From sequence record SRR22947727_5200: a stretch of DNA of 64,000 nt; one strand, given 5' to 3'. Position 1 is the stretch's first letter, and each line of letters starts with the position of its first letter. A program made the position numbers and the translations under genes. Below the pieces are notes generated by a model. That model was not told the origin of the DNA. It saw nothing but the letters and a program-made list of their open reading frames with translations, and made no database searches. This document shows, one piece after another, positions 22,327 through 32,288 of this stretch.

Positions 22327-23015
22327 CTCGCAGCGACGGCTTCCGGACCCTTGGTGGGAGTGGGGTTTCCCGCAGACTTACGCGTCGAGAGAACCTGATC
22401 GATCAAGCCGTACTCCAGCGCTTCGGGAGCAGTGAGGATCTTGTCGCGATCAATGTCGCGGTTCACCTCTTCCACGCTCCGCTTCGAGTGGCGAGAAAGA
22501 GTCTCCTCCAACCATTCGCGAAGGCGCGCAATTTCCTTGGCCTGAATCTCAATGTCAGAAGCCTGACCACGACCAGCTTCACCCATCATCGGCTGGTGAA
22601 TCAAGATACGAGAGTTGGGCAGAGCCAAACGCTTACCGGGCTCGCCACCGGCGAGGATGACAGCGGCCGCAGAGGCCGCCTGACCCAGGACCACGGTCTG
22701 AATCTGGGGGCGAACGTACTGCATGGTGTCGTAAATCGCGGTCATCGCGGTAAAGGATCCACCGGGTGAGTTGATGTACATCACGATGTCGCGGTCAGGG
22801 TCCTGGCTCTCCAGAACTAGAAGCTGCGCCATAACGTCATCTGCGGAAGCGTCATCGACCTGAACACCGAGGAACACGATGCGGTCTTCAAACAGCTTCG
22901 CGTAGGGGTCCTGGCGCTTGAAGCCGTAGCTGGTGCGCTCTTCAAAGCTCGGCAGAATGTAGCGGCTCTCGGGAGCCGACGCCGTCATACCTGACTGGGG
23001 GGTAATCATCTCCAT
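22323..23015 (-). CDS. clpP2: Clp protease proteolytic subunit 2
   Basis: YINSPGG, GQAASAA, ILIHQP and DRD. Confidence 0.96.
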   Translation of the reverse strand: MEMITPQSGMTASAPESRYILPSFEERTSYGFKRQDPYAKLFEDRIVFLGVQVDDASADDVMAQLLVLESQDPDRDIVMYINSPGGSFTAMTAIYDTMQYVRPQIQTVVLGQAASAAAVILAGGEPGKRLALPNSRILIHQPMMGEAGRGQASDIEIQAKEIARLREWLEETLSRHSKRSVEEVNRDIDRDKILTAPEALEYGLIDQVLSTRKSAGNPTPTKGPEAVAAS

Positions 23016-23024
23016 GAGTTTCGC

Positions 23025-23621
23025 CTACTTCTTCTTGCCCTGGTCAGTTCCGCCGCCACCGACAACGTCGCTGGCAGAGGCGCGGATGTGGTCAACAAAT
23101 CCATACTCGAGTGCTTCATCAGCCGAGAACCAGCGGTCGCGGTCACCATCAGCCATGATCTGGTCCACGGTCTTGCCGGTCGCTTCCGCGGTGATCTGAG
23201 CGAGACGCTTCTTCATGTCGTTGATCAGGTGAGCCTGTGTCTGGATGTCACTGGCTGTTCCACCGAATCCACCGTGGGGCTGGTGCAAGAGCACACGAGC
23301 GTTCGGGGTGATGTAGCGCTTGCCCTTCGTGCCGGCTGTCAGCAACAGCTGTCCCATCGAGGCGGCCATTCCGATTCCCACCGTGACGATGTCGTTGGGA
23401 ACGAACTGCATGGTGTCATAAATCGCCATACCGGCGGTGATGGAGCCACCGGGAGAGTTGATGTAGAGGTAGATGTCGCTCTCAGGGTCTTCCGCCGCAA
23501 GCAGGAGAAGCTTCGCGGCAATCTCGTTCGCGTTGTCATCGCGAACCTCAGAGCCCAGCCAAATGATGCGATCCTTCAGCAACCGATCAAAAACATTGGG
23601 TTGCATCATGGTTTCTGCCAT
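23025..23621 (-). CDS. clpP1: Clp protease proteolytic subunit 1
   Basis: [20 protein letters not shown] and DRDRWF; tandem with clpP2 after tig. Confidence 0.96.
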   Translation of the reverse strand: MAETMMQPNVFDRLLKDRIIWLGSEVRDDNANEIAAKLLLLAAEDPESDIYLYINSPGGSITAGMAIYDTMQFVPNDIVTVGIGMAASMGQLLLTAGTKGKRYITPNARVLLHQPHGGFGGTASDIQTQAHLINDMKKRLAQITAEATGKTVDQIMADGDRDRWFSADEALEYGFVDHIRASASDVVGGGGTDQGKKK

Positions 23622-23702
23622 GGTCACGATGGTGTTCTCCTCTACGGATTCAAAGCCTTGGTACCCCGAGCGTACACAGCGCACTGGACGCCAACCGGGG
23701 GT

Positions 23703-23718
23703 GTTCGCCCTCGGCAGA
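23703..23718. promoter_or_regulatory. Candidate ClgR operator upstream of clpP1P2
   Basis: GTTCGC-CCTCG-GCAGA resembles the GTTCGC-N5-GCG ClgR motif; lies 28 nt upstream of the -10 TACGCT (minus strand, 23669-23674). Confidence 0.65.
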
Positions 23719-23728
23719 GTGGCGTGGC

Positions 23729-25084
23729 TTAGTGCTCGTGATCGTGGTCGTGACCGTCGTGGTTATCCGCAACAGCCTGAGCCACAGCGCCTTCCACAGG
23801 GTCAGTGGCCTGGCTCGTGAACTCGCTCAGGTCAACCTTCTTGCCCTTGGTGTCCTTGACACTCACCTTCGCGAGTGCAACGGAGAGCGACTTAGAGCGC
23901 GCCACCTCACCCACCATGGAGGGAATCTGACCGTTCTGGTCGAGTGACTGGATGAATTCGCTCGGCTCCATGCCGTACTGACCGGCAGACTGAATCAGAT
24001 ACTGAGTCAGCTCATCTTGAGACACCTGAACCTCGAGCGTCTCGACGAGTGCGTCAAGGAGCAGCTGGGTGCGCAGGCTTTTCTCTGTGGATTCGACAAC
24101 CTCGGCGCGGTGCTTGTCGTCTTCCAGTCGACCCTCCTGCTCCAGGTGGCGATGAACTTCAGCATCCACGACGCCCTGGGGTAGAGGCATGGTGACCTCG
24201 CCAATCATTTTCTCGACGAGTTTGTCCCTGGCTTCTTGAGCCTGCCCAAACATTCCTTCGCGCTCAGCCTGCTTCTTGAGGTCTTCCCGCAGTTCCTTGA
24301 TGGTGTCGAACTGGCTGGCAATCTGGGCGAAGTCGTCATCCGCTTCGGGAAGCTCACGCTCTTTCACGCTCAACACGGTGACCTCAATCAGGGCTGTTTC
24401 GCCCTCGCGATCACCACCGAGCAGCTTCGACTCGAAGGTGGTGGTCTCGCCTGCGGTCAGAGTGTCCAGGGCCTCATCGATGCCATCGATGAGCTGCCCG
24501 GAACCAATTTCGTAGCTGATCGAGGAAGCCGAGTCGATGGTGGAATCACCAATCTTGGCGACCAAATCGATCTGCACGAAGTCGCCAGTCTTGGCGGGAC
24601 GATCCACCGTCACCAGGTTTCCGAAGCGGGAGCGCAGCGCATCCAACTCATCGTCAACGTCGCCCTGAGTGACCATGACCGGCTCCACCTCAAGGGTGTA
24701 TTTCTCAAACTTGGGAAGCTCAAAGTCTGGGCGAACGTCCACCTCGACAGTGACGACGAGGTCACCGGAGAAGTCTTTGTCGCTGGGCCACTGGGTGACA
24801 TCCGCTTCGGGGCGACCCAGAGTGCGTACCTTTTCTTCGGCCACCGCGAGCTGGAAGAAACGGTCGAGGCCTTCGCTGACAGCGTGGTTCAACACCTCAC
24901 CGCGACCGACACGCTGATCAATGATGGGAGGTGGCACCTTGCCCTTGCGGAAACCAGGGATCTGGATTTCCTCCGCGATGTGCTGATAAGCGTGGTCAAG
25001 ACTGGGCTTGAGCTCCTCCGGGGTGACCGTAATGCTGAGGCGGACACGGGTGGGACTCAGGGACTCTTTTGTGGTGGTGGGCAC
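23729..25084 (-). CDS. tig: Trigger factor
   Basis: Ribosome-binding [14 protein letters not shown]-like middle domain, position upstream of clpP. Confidence 0.97.
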   Translation of the reverse strand: MPTTTKESLSPTRVRLSITVTPEELKPSLDHAYQHIAEEIQIPGFRKGKVPPPIIDQRVGRGEVLNHAVSEGLDRFFQLAVAEEKVRTLGRPEADVTQWPSDKDFSGDLVVTVEVDVRPDFELPKFEKYTLEVEPVMVTQGDVDDELDALRSRFGNLVTVDRPAKTGDFVQIDLVAKIGDSTIDSASSISYEIGSGQLIDGIDEALDTLTAGETTTFESKLLGGDREGETALIEVTVLSVKERELPEADDDFAQIASQFDTIKELREDLKKQAEREGMFGQAQEARDKLVEKMIGEVTMPLPQGVVDAEVHRHLEQEGRLEDDKHRAEVVESTEKSLRTQLLLDALVETLEVQVSQDELTQYLIQSAGQYGMEPSEFIQSLDQNGQIPSMVGEVARSKSLSVALAKVSVKDTKGKKVDLSEFTSQATDPVEGAVAQAVADNHDGHDHDHEH

Positions 25085-25120
25085 AGCTTTTCTCCAACTA
25101 ACTTGTGTTTTTTCTTTCCG

Positions 25121-25194
25121 TCGGGGCGACAGGATTTGAACCTGCGACTTCCCGCTCCCAAAGCGGGTGCTCTACCAAGCTGAGCTACGCCCCG
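25121..25194 (-). tRNA. tRNA-Pro(TGG)
   Basis: CGGGGCGTAGCTCAGCTTGGTAGAGCA-CCCGC-TT-TGG-GA-GCGGG-AAGTCGCAGGTTCAAATCCTGTCGCCCCGA; CCA not encoded. Confidence 0.97.
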
Positions 25195-25339
25195 ATGGTC
25201 CACAGCGATTCACCATCGTGGCACAGTGTTTGTGAGGTGACCCGGCGAACAACCTTAGGAAGTCTAGCCGGAATGTGAACGAAAGGAAGTCGCGTCAGGC
25301 CACAATGCAGTAGCATCGAGGATTGGTAACACCACCTTC

Positions 25340-25413
25340 GGGGATGTAGCTCAATGGTAGAGCCTCAGTCTTCCAAACTGATGGTGCGGGTTCGATTCCC
25401 GTCATCCCCTCCA
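25340..25413 (+). tRNA. tRNA-Gly(TCC)
   Basis: GGGGATGTAGCTCAATGGTAGAGCC-TCAGT-CT-TCC-AA-ACTGA-TGGTGCGGGTTCGATTCCCGTCATCCCCTCCA; U73 and encoded CCA. Confidence 0.96.
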
Positions 25414-25421
25414 CAAAATCT

Positions 25422-26921
25422 CTACAGCTCGCGGTGCGTCACCACTCCGGCGCAGACCGTCAGGGCAACCGGCATGGCGCGCAAGGCATCACTTGCCTTC
25501 GCCATGTCATTACCAAAGGCACCCATCAGCCACGCAGGGTCCGCATCTAACACCGCAATGTCCGCGGGCTGCGAGACTTCGAGCGTGCTGCGGTAGGAGA
25601 AGCGCAGTGCTTCCTCCACGGTCAAGGCCTGCTCGTGATGCCAGGGGTCTCGTCCATCCCGTGTCCTCGTGACCGCTGCGGCAATGCTCACCCACGGATC
25701 AAGGGGGGACACCGGAGCGTCAGAGCCCAGGGCCAAAGTCGCCCCAGAATCGACCAGCCTGCGCAGCGCAAACGCTCGAGCCGAGCGATCAGCCCAGTAC
25801 ACGTCGGTCACGTCGCGATCATCGACAGCGTGCTCGGGCTGAACACTGGCGGCTATCCCGAGCTCACTAAACCGGGGGAAATCTTCTTCCCGGACGAGCT
25901 GGGCGTGCTCGATCCGGCCACGAAGCCCGTGCTCCTGGAAGATGTCGAGGATGATGCGGTTTGCCTCATCACCGATGGCGTGGACCGCGAGCCAAAAACC
26001 TGCCTCCTGAGCCTTGGTGAGAATGGCCGCAATATCTGCGGGAGGAAAATTCATCGCGCCAAATTCCGGCGGGGAGACCGTCAGGTAGGGCTCCACACAG
26101 TGAGCTGTCCGGGTGTTGAGTGACCCATCGGTAATGATTTTGAACGGCCCGACCGTGATTCCCGGAGCAAGCTGCTGACCACTGCGTAGCCCTTCCGCGA
26201 TAGCGCGATCGAGATCATCCGGGTAGACACCCGCTTCGACCCGGAGCGGGTAGCGACCTCCAGCGGCCTCGGAACGCCTGATCCAATCGGGTGCGTTGTA
26301 GCGCAGTTCGAGGTCAACAATGCCGACAACTCCGCGGCTGGCGGCATGCTTGGCGGCATCCATGGCCCACTCATCGAGGGTGGCATTGTCAGTGTCGTTG
26401 GCGCGCCTCGCCAAGTCAAACCACTCACGCTCCGTGATGACGCCATCCTCGTCATGGCCCGAGATGCCGAAGTGTCGAAGCGTCGCGGTGTTCACCCACG
26501 CGGAATGAACATCCACCGAAATCAGGATTACCGGAGTATCCCCAGTCGCCTCATCGAGCAGAGCTGTCGTCTTCTGGTCGCGCCACAGGCCATCCCGATA
26601 TCCAGCACCGACGACGATCGGGTCCGGTGAGGGGTTCGCCGCATTCGCGGCGACCGCAGTGCCCATGAGTATTGCTGTCTCCTGGGCAGAGGACGCTCCC
26701 ACGAGAGAGACCCGGCGACGATGCTGCGCCCAGAGCGTGAAGTGCACGTGCTCATCCCAGAGCCCAGGAGTGACCACTCGCTCCTCGAGGTCGATGACCT
26801 CGTGGTCTCCCACCTCTGCTGTCCCCGAGGGAACAATCTGGGTGATCATCTCGCCCTCGATGACAATGTCCACGAGTTCCCCAGAAGGCGAACCCCAACG
26901 CCTGGCACGAGTAAGAATCAC
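25422..26921 (-). CDS. Metal-dependent amidohydrolase (YtcJ-like, amidohydrolase 3)
   Basis: PGLWDEHVH, HAIGD, RIEHAQL and GSDAPV; GTG overlaps the upstream stop. Confidence 0.9.
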   Translation of the reverse strand: MILTRARRWGSPSGELVDIVIEGEMITQIVPSGTAEVGDHEVIDLEERVVTPGLWDEHVHFTLWAQHRRRVSLVGASSAQETAILMGTAVAANAANPSPDPIVVGAGYRDGLWRDQKTTALLDEATGDTPVILISVDVHSAWVNTATLRHFGISGHDEDGVITEREWFDLARRANDTDNATLDEWAMDAAKHAASRGVVGIVDLELRYNAPDWIRRSEAAGGRYPLRVEAGVYPDDLDRAIAEGLRSGQQLAPGITVGPFKIITDGSLNTRTAHCVEPYLTVSPPEFGAMNFPPADIAAILTKAQEAGFWLAVHAIGDEANRIILDIFQEHGLRGRIEHAQLVREEDFPRFSELGIAASVQPEHAVDDRDVTDVYWADRSARAFALRRLVDSGATLALGSDAPVSPLDPWVSIAAAVTRTRDGRDPWHHEQALTVEEALRFSYRSTLEVSQPADIAVLDADPAWLMGAFGNDMAKASDALRAMPVALTVCAGVVTHREL

Positions 26922-27850
26922 GAACTGGCCTTTCCAGAAATTTGGCACTGCGGACAGAAATACAGCTTACGAGTGGCCATGAGCGCCATCTGGACGTGAG
27001 TTCCACACACTCGGCAGGGAAGTCCCTCGCGCTTGTAGACGAAGTAGCGATCCTTCGCCACCCGCAGCGCTCGCTTTCTCCCGGCGGAATCCAGATCGTT
27101 TCGAGTCAACATCACTCCAGTCTTGACGCCATCTGCCAACAGCCTCGACCAGTCTTTCCAAATCTCTACCAGCACCTCCTGCGGCAGCGTGGACGCTGGT
27201 CGAAAGGGGTCGAGGTGGTGTCGAAACAGGATTTCGGCTCGATAGACGTTCCCGATTCCACTCACCACGGCTTGATCCATCAACACCACGCCAATGGGTC
27301 GCGACGTCGAGGACACTCTTGTCACGAACTCGCGCTGACCACGAATTCCCCTGTCGAGGAGAGGATCAGGGCCAAGCCTGGCGACAACGGATGCTGCTTC
27401 TTCGGGCGTGTGGACCTCGCAGGCGGTGGGACCTCGAAGATCCGCCACGACCTCTGAGGTTTCGAGCCGCAAGCGAACCGCACCGCGGGGTGCCGGAGGA
27501 AACGGTTCATCAGCATCGAAAGACTCTTCGCGCTCCCCCAGACGCCTCCTCGATGCGCGCGGTGCACCCAGGGATAGGGTTTGGGCGGAACCCGCGCGCA
27601 CACTGTCGCCCTGGAGCGTCATCACATCCCAAGCTCCATAAATTCCTAGATGAACGCGCACGATGCGATCGCTCTCGAAGTGAAGAAAGAGTTGCTTACC
27701 CCTGGCTTCTGCGCGCTCCAAGACGGAGCCTGAAATCAGCGCTGCACCGTCTCGAAACCGGCCTTGTGGGGAGGACGCGAGGATGCTCTGATTCAGAAAG
27801 ACCTCGCGAAACAGCGCAGCAATGCGATGAACGGTATGACCCTCGGGCAT
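26918..27850 (-). CDS. nei: Fpg/Nei-family DNA glycosylase (Nei-like)
   Basis: N-terminal PEGH, H2TH motif LMDQAVVSGIGNVYRAE, zinc finger CRVC...CPQC. Confidence 0.92.
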   Translation of the reverse strand: MPEGHTVHRIAALFREVFLNQSILASSPQGRFRDGAALISGSVLERAEARGKQLFLHFESDRIVRVHLGIYGAWDVMTLQGDSVRAGSAQTLSLGAPRASRRRLGEREESFDADEPFPPAPRGAVRLRLETSEVVADLRGPTACEVHTPEEAASVVARLGPDPLLDRGIRGQREFVTRVSSTSRPIGVVLMDQAVVSGIGNVYRAEILFRHHLDPFRPASTLPQEVLVEIWKDWSRLLADGVKTGVMLTRNDLDSAGRKRALRVAKDRYFVYKREGLPCRVCGTHVQMALMATRKLYFCPQCQISGKASS

Positions 27851-27858
27851 GGTGCGCC

Positions 27859-28347
27859 CTAGTTCTCGAGAGAGAAACCGGCAATAGCTCCTGTGGTCTC
27901 GAACTCAGCCATCTGGTTGATGCGCCGCACATGGCGCTCATCCCCCGGGAATGGAGTCCTCATGAAGGTGTCGATGAACAGCAAGGCCTCATCGATGCTG
28001 TGTTGTCTCGCACCAATCGCGCAGACATTGGCATTGTTGTGCTCGCGGGCAAGGACAGCGGTGTCGACGTTCCACACCAACGCAGCCCGCACACCGGCAA
28101 CCTTGTTGGCAGCCATCTGCTCACCATTTCCCGAGCCGCCGAAGACGACACCGAGCGCCTCGACACCAGTCTCGAGGTCAGCAACCACTGCTTTTGCCGC
28201 TCGGATGCAGAAACTCGGGTAATCATCCAGGGGATCAAAGGACTCCGGGCCGTGGTCAATAACCTCGTGACCTTCGAGCTCTAGGTGCTCCGCGAGGTCC
28301 TTACTGAATTCCAGGCCAGCATGGTCAGTGGCGATATGAATACGCAT
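27859..28347 (-). CDS. rpiB: Ribose-5-phosphate isomerase B
   Basis: DHAG, DDYP, GGSGNGE, REHNNAN and RHVRRI. Confidence 0.96.
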   Translation of the reverse strand: MRIHIATDHAGLEFSKDLAEHLELEGHEVIDHGPESFDPLDDYPSFCIRAAKAVVADLETGVEALGVVFGGSGNGEQMAANKVAGVRAALVWNVDTAVLAREHNNANVCAIGARQHSIDEALLFIDTFMRTPFPGDERHVRRINQMAEFETTGAIAGFSLEN

Positions 28348-28422
28348 AGTGCCAGTCTATAAAGCAGGCGCATCTCACAAATCGATACCGATTTAGTTTC
28401 GGCGATGCGCATCCTGTGGTTT

Positions 28423-28438
28423 TCCCCTATCCTGGGGA
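28423..28438. promoter_or_regulatory. 16-bp palindromic site TCCCC-N6-GGGGA (copy 1)
   Basis: TCCCCTATCCTGGGGA, 14/16 identical to the reverse complement of 58264-58279. Confidence 0.5.
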
Positions 28439-28461
28439 AGTCTGTGGCAAGGAGCCTTGTT

Positions 28462-29601
28462 GTGAGCATTCCTGATTTCCGTCGTGCTGTTCGCGGTTAC
28501 GACACCGACGACGTCGAGCGCTACGCTCGCGAGCTCTCGGAGCGTCTGGAGCGCCTGGAAAACGAGCGCGCCGAAAACGCCCGCACCATTCAGCGCCTCA
28601 CCCGCGACATTCAAGAAGCCAACGAGCGTGCTTCGCGCGCGAAGCCGAGTTTTGCTGAGCTGGGTTCAGCCTTCGAAGAGACCCTCCGCCTCGCCGAGGA
28701 ACAATCCCGCAAAATCACCGAGGAAGCAGCCGCAGAAGCGACCGAGGTTCTCGGAAACGCCCGCAGCGAGGCGACCCGCGTCCGCGAGACCGCAGCGAAA
28801 GAGTCTCGCAAGATTTTGTCCGACGCACAGCGCGCAGCTGAGGACCTCCGCTTGGATAGTGAGCGCGAAGCTGCTCAGCTCCGTCAGCAAGCTGCCGATG
28901 AAATCGCGAAGGCCACCAACACTCGCACCCGCGCCGAGCGCGCTGCCGCGACGATGGTCAGCCAGGCCGAAAAGCAGGTCTCCGAGACTAAGGCCGAGGC
29001 CTCTCGCCAGGTTGAACAGGTCAAGCGTGAAGCATCCGAGCTCTTGCACGCCGCGCAGGAGCGCGCAGTAGCGACCGATGCCAGCATTCGTCAGCAAATC
29101 GATGAGGCAGAGCGCGCTCGCGCCGCCATCCACGAGGAAGCCGACAACTACGCACAGAAGGCCTACCAGCAAGCCGACGAGCACGTCCAGACTGCGGCCA
29201 AGCGAGCTCAGGACCTCGGTCAAGAAGCCGACCAGGTTCTGGAGACCGCCCAGCGCCGTGCTGACGAGCTCACCAAAGAGGCCCGCGGCTATGCGGAGCG
29301 CCTGATTTCAGAGACTGTCCAGCGCTCTCGCGCTATCGCTCGCGATACCGAGGAACTGGTCAACACCATGCTCTCCGATACGGAAAGCCAGCTTTCGGAC
29401 ATCCGTCGTCAGCAGTCTTACCTCAACGACTATCTCCAACGGATGCGCCAGGCAGCCACCGAGGTGGACATGGAAATCACCAACATTCAGCCTCCAAAAC
29501 TGACCGCTGACTCTAAGCTCCTGACCGGCGGACCAGGTGCGGAGCAGCCGATGCCCGAAGCTGTGCCGGTCACAATCGACATCGAGTCCGACCAGAAGTA
29601 G
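28462..29601 (+). CDS. DivIVA-domain long coiled-coil protein (FilP/Scy-like)
   Basis: N-terminal FRRAVRGYDTDDVERY, then about 300 aa of Ala/Glu/Arg helical repeats; AAGGAG RBS before the GTG. Confidence 0.8.
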   Translation: MSIPDFRRAVRGYDTDDVERYARELSERLERLENERAENARTIQRLTRDIQEANERASRAKPSFAELGSAFEETLRLAEEQSRKITEEAAAEATEVLGNARSEATRVRETAAKESRKILSDAQRAAEDLRLDSEREAAQLRQQAADEIAKATNTRTRAERAAATMVSQAEKQVSETKAEASRQVEQVKREASELLHAAQERAVATDASIRQQIDEAERARAAIHEEADNYAQKAYQQADEHVQTAAKRAQDLGQEADQVLETAQRRADELTKEARGYAERLISETVQRSRAIARDTEELVNTMLSDTESQLSDIRRQQSYLNDYLQRMRQAATEVDMEITNIQPPKLTADSKLLTGGPGAEQPMPEAVPVTIDIESDQK

Positions 29602-29704
29602 TCCCGTTCGCACCCTCGGCACTGACGTCGTAGGCTAGTTTTTTGGTGCCCTTGTGTGGCCAGCGGAGGGGTTCTCCGCCTCAACGAAGTGTTTAGGAGA
29701 CCGT

Positions 29705-32266
29705 GTGCCCGGCGAAAATCTCACCAAAGTAGAAGCCCTCACGCGCTCACGCATCATCACCGTCAAGGGCTACGACATTGAGATCGACCTGCGAGACGTC
29801 GCCTCCTCCCCCACTTTTCGCACCACAGCCACCATCACCTTCCTCGGGGAACCCGGAGAATCCAGCTTTATCGATGCAATCGCCCACACGGTTCACCGCG
29901 TCACGCTTAATGGACATGATCTCGACCCCGCGGAAGTCTTTGCTGATTCACGCATCGCTCTTCCGACATTGGCTGCAGATAACACTCTGGAGGTGGAAGC
30001 GGACTTCTCCTACACAAACTCTGGAGAGGGCTTACACCGGTTTGTAGACCCCGTCGATGACGAGATTTACCTCTACACACAGTTTGAGGTTCCCGACTCG
30101 AGGCGAGTCTTCCCCGTGTTCGAGCAACCCGACCTCAAGGGGACGTTCCGCTTCACCATTCATGCACCCGCCCACTGGGAGGTGGTGAGCAACCAGCCCA
30201 CACCTGAGGCGACACCCACCGAGAACGGGTCAACCTGGGCGTTCGGCGCGACACCCCGTATTTCTTCGTACATCACAGCGTTGATCGCAGGACCCTACGA
30301 GGTTGTTCGCGATGAACTGGTCAGCTCCAGCGGAAAGACGATTCCCTTGGGTGTTTTCTCCCGGAAATCGCTCTCGCAGTATCTCGACACGCACTACATC
30401 ATCGACATCACTCGCAAAGGGTTCGAATACTTCGAGTCGAAGTTCGGTGTTCCGTACCCGTTCGAAAAATACGACCAACTCTTCGTCCCCGAGTTCAATG
30501 CTGGAGCGATGGAGAACGCCGGCGCTGTGACCTTCACCGAAAGTTATGTGTTCCGGTCCCAGGTCTCCGATGCGGTCCGAGAGCGCCGAGTTGTCACGAT
30601 TCTGCACGAGCTTGCCCACATGTGGTTCGGGGACCTTGTCACCATGCGCTGGTGGAATGACCTGTGGCTCAACGAATCCTTCGCGGAGTGGGCATCGACT
30701 ATCGCCACGGCTGAAGCGACCGAGTGGACGGAAGCGTGGACCACGTTCCAGGCGATGGAAAAGTCATGGGCGTATCGCCAAGACCAATTGCCCTCCACCC
30801 ACCCGATCGTCGCAAATATTCGCGACATCGAAGATGTCCAGGTCAATTTCGATGGCATCACCTACGCCAAAGGTGGCTCCGTTCTCAAACAACTGGTGGC
30901 ATGGGTGGGAGAGGAGGCCTTCTTCTCGGGCGTCCACAACTACTTCGTCAAACACCAGTGGAGTAATGCCACGCTCGCAGACCTCCTTGAGGAACTGGAA
31001 GACACCAGCGGTCGCGCCCTGCGGACATGGAGCGAACTATGGCTCGAAACCGCAGGGGTTAACACCCTCTATCCCGAGGTGTCCGTCGATGACTCCGGAG
31101 TGATCACTGATTTCCAGATCCGACAAACTGCCCCTGACGAGTGGCCAACCCTTCGCCCCCATCGCCTCGCTGTAGGTTTCTATAACCCCGGAGAAGATGG
31201 TCTCCTGCAGAGAGTCTGGCGAGCCGAGCTCGACATTGACGGTGAGCTGACCCAGGTCACCGAAGCCCTGGGCAAGGTCCGACCAGAGCTCATCCTGATC
31301 AACGATGACGACCTCGCCTACGCCAAGATTCGCCTGGACGAGCACTCTCGTGCCACGGCAGTGAAGGATCTCTCCCGGGTCGCAAGCCCACTCGCTCGAG
31401 CCCTTATCTGGGGAAGTCTGTGGGATTCCACCCGTGATGCTGAGACACCTCCCTCTGATTTCCTCGAGCTGGTTTTGGGAAATATCGCTCACGAAACAGA
31501 GAGCACCACGATTCGAACCGCGCTGGGTCAGCTCTCGTTGGTGGCGAGGAACTACGTAACACCCCAACGCCGCCAATCAGTGCTGGAGGACGTGGCAAGC
31601 AGGGTGTGGGCGCTAGCGAGCCACGCAACTGGCGGAAGCGATGCTCAGTTCCAACTGGTCAAAGCGTTCGCAAGCCTCGCCTCAACCTCCGAGCACGCCG
31701 ACACCCTCGAGGCATTGCGCGAGGGCACCATCATTTTGGACGGCCTCGCCATCGACACTGACCTGTCCTGGGAGCTCCTGGCCGGCCTAGCGTTGTGTGG
31801 TCGAGCAAGCTCGAGCGATATTGACGAGGCTCTTGCTGCGGATAACACGTCGAATGGCCAGCAAGCCGCCGCTCGGGCGCGATCGTTGCTCCCCACCACT
31901 GCGGACAAGAGGGCCGTATTCGATCAGTTGGTGTCCTCCGATGAGACTCCTAACGCCATCGTGAGGTCTCTCACCCTGGGCTATGACCTCGTCAATAACC
32001 AGAGCGCACTAGAGCCGCTTGTCGATGACTACTTCGCCATGATTGAGCCGATGTGGAATGAGAGAACCTACAAGATTGCGGAATATCTTGCCGAAGGGCT
32101 CTATCCAGGCTCACTGGTATCCGGGGAGCTCGTCGACAAGTCCCGCGCCTGGTTGGAGTCACACCCTGAAGTCCCAGCACTGCGCAGGATTGTGGAAGAG
32201 AATCTCGCTGGTGTCGAGCGGGCTCTCCGCGTGCAAGCCGTCGATGCGGCACACGCTGGCTCATAG
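29705..32266 (+). CDS. pepN: Aminopeptidase N (M1 family)
   Basis: GAMEN, HELAH-x18-E (WLNES) and YAKG. Confidence 0.97.
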   Translation: MPGENLTKVEALTRSRIITVKGYDIEIDLRDVASSPTFRTTATITFLGEPGESSFIDAIAHTVHRVTLNGHDLDPAEVFADSRIALPTLAADNTLEVEADFSYTNSGEGLHRFVDPVDDEIYLYTQFEVPDSRRVFPVFEQPDLKGTFRFTIHAPAHWEVVSNQPTPEATPTENGSTWAFGATPRISSYITALIAGPYEVVRDELVSSSGKTIPLGVFSRKSLSQYLDTHYIIDITRKGFEYFESKFGVPYPFEKYDQLFVPEFNAGAMENAGAVTFTESYVFRSQVSDAVRERRVVTILHELAHMWFGDLVTMRWWNDLWLNESFAEWASTIATAEATEWTEAWTTFQAMEKSWAYRQDQLPSTHPIVANIRDIEDVQVNFDGITYAKGGSVLKQLVAWVGEEAFFSGVHNYFVKHQWSNATLADLLEELEDTSGRALRTWSELWLETAGVNTLYPEVSVDDSGVITDFQIRQTAPDEWPTLRPHRLAVGFYNPGEDGLLQRVWRAELDIDGELTQVTEALGKVRPELILINDDDLAYAKIRLDEHSRATAVKDLSRVASPLARALIWGSLWDSTRDAETPPSDFLELVLGNIAHETESTTIRTALGQLSLVARNYVTPQRRQSVLEDVASRVWALASHATGGSDAQFQLVKAFASLASTSEHADTLEALREGTIILDGLAIDTDLSWELLAGLALCGRASSSDIDEALAADNTSNGQQAAARARSLLPTTADKRAVFDQLVSSDETPNAIVRSLTLGYDLVNNQSALEPLVDDYFAMIEPMWNERTYKIAEYLAEGLYPGSLVSGELVDKSRAWLESHPEVPALRRIVEENLAGVERALRVQAVDAAHAGS

Positions 32267-32288
32267 CCCAACGCCCTAGCATGAGGGT

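Noticed and set aside
25413..26921. Possible island integrated at tRNA-Gly or tRNA-Pro
   Set aside because: No integrase, no duplicated tRNA 3' end seen, and core-like genes follow immediately.
29606..29621. GTTCGCACCCTCGGCA upstream of pepN resembles the clpP ClgR site
   Set aside because: Half-site spacing is 7 rather than 5, and orientation and distance to the -10 differ; probably coincidental.
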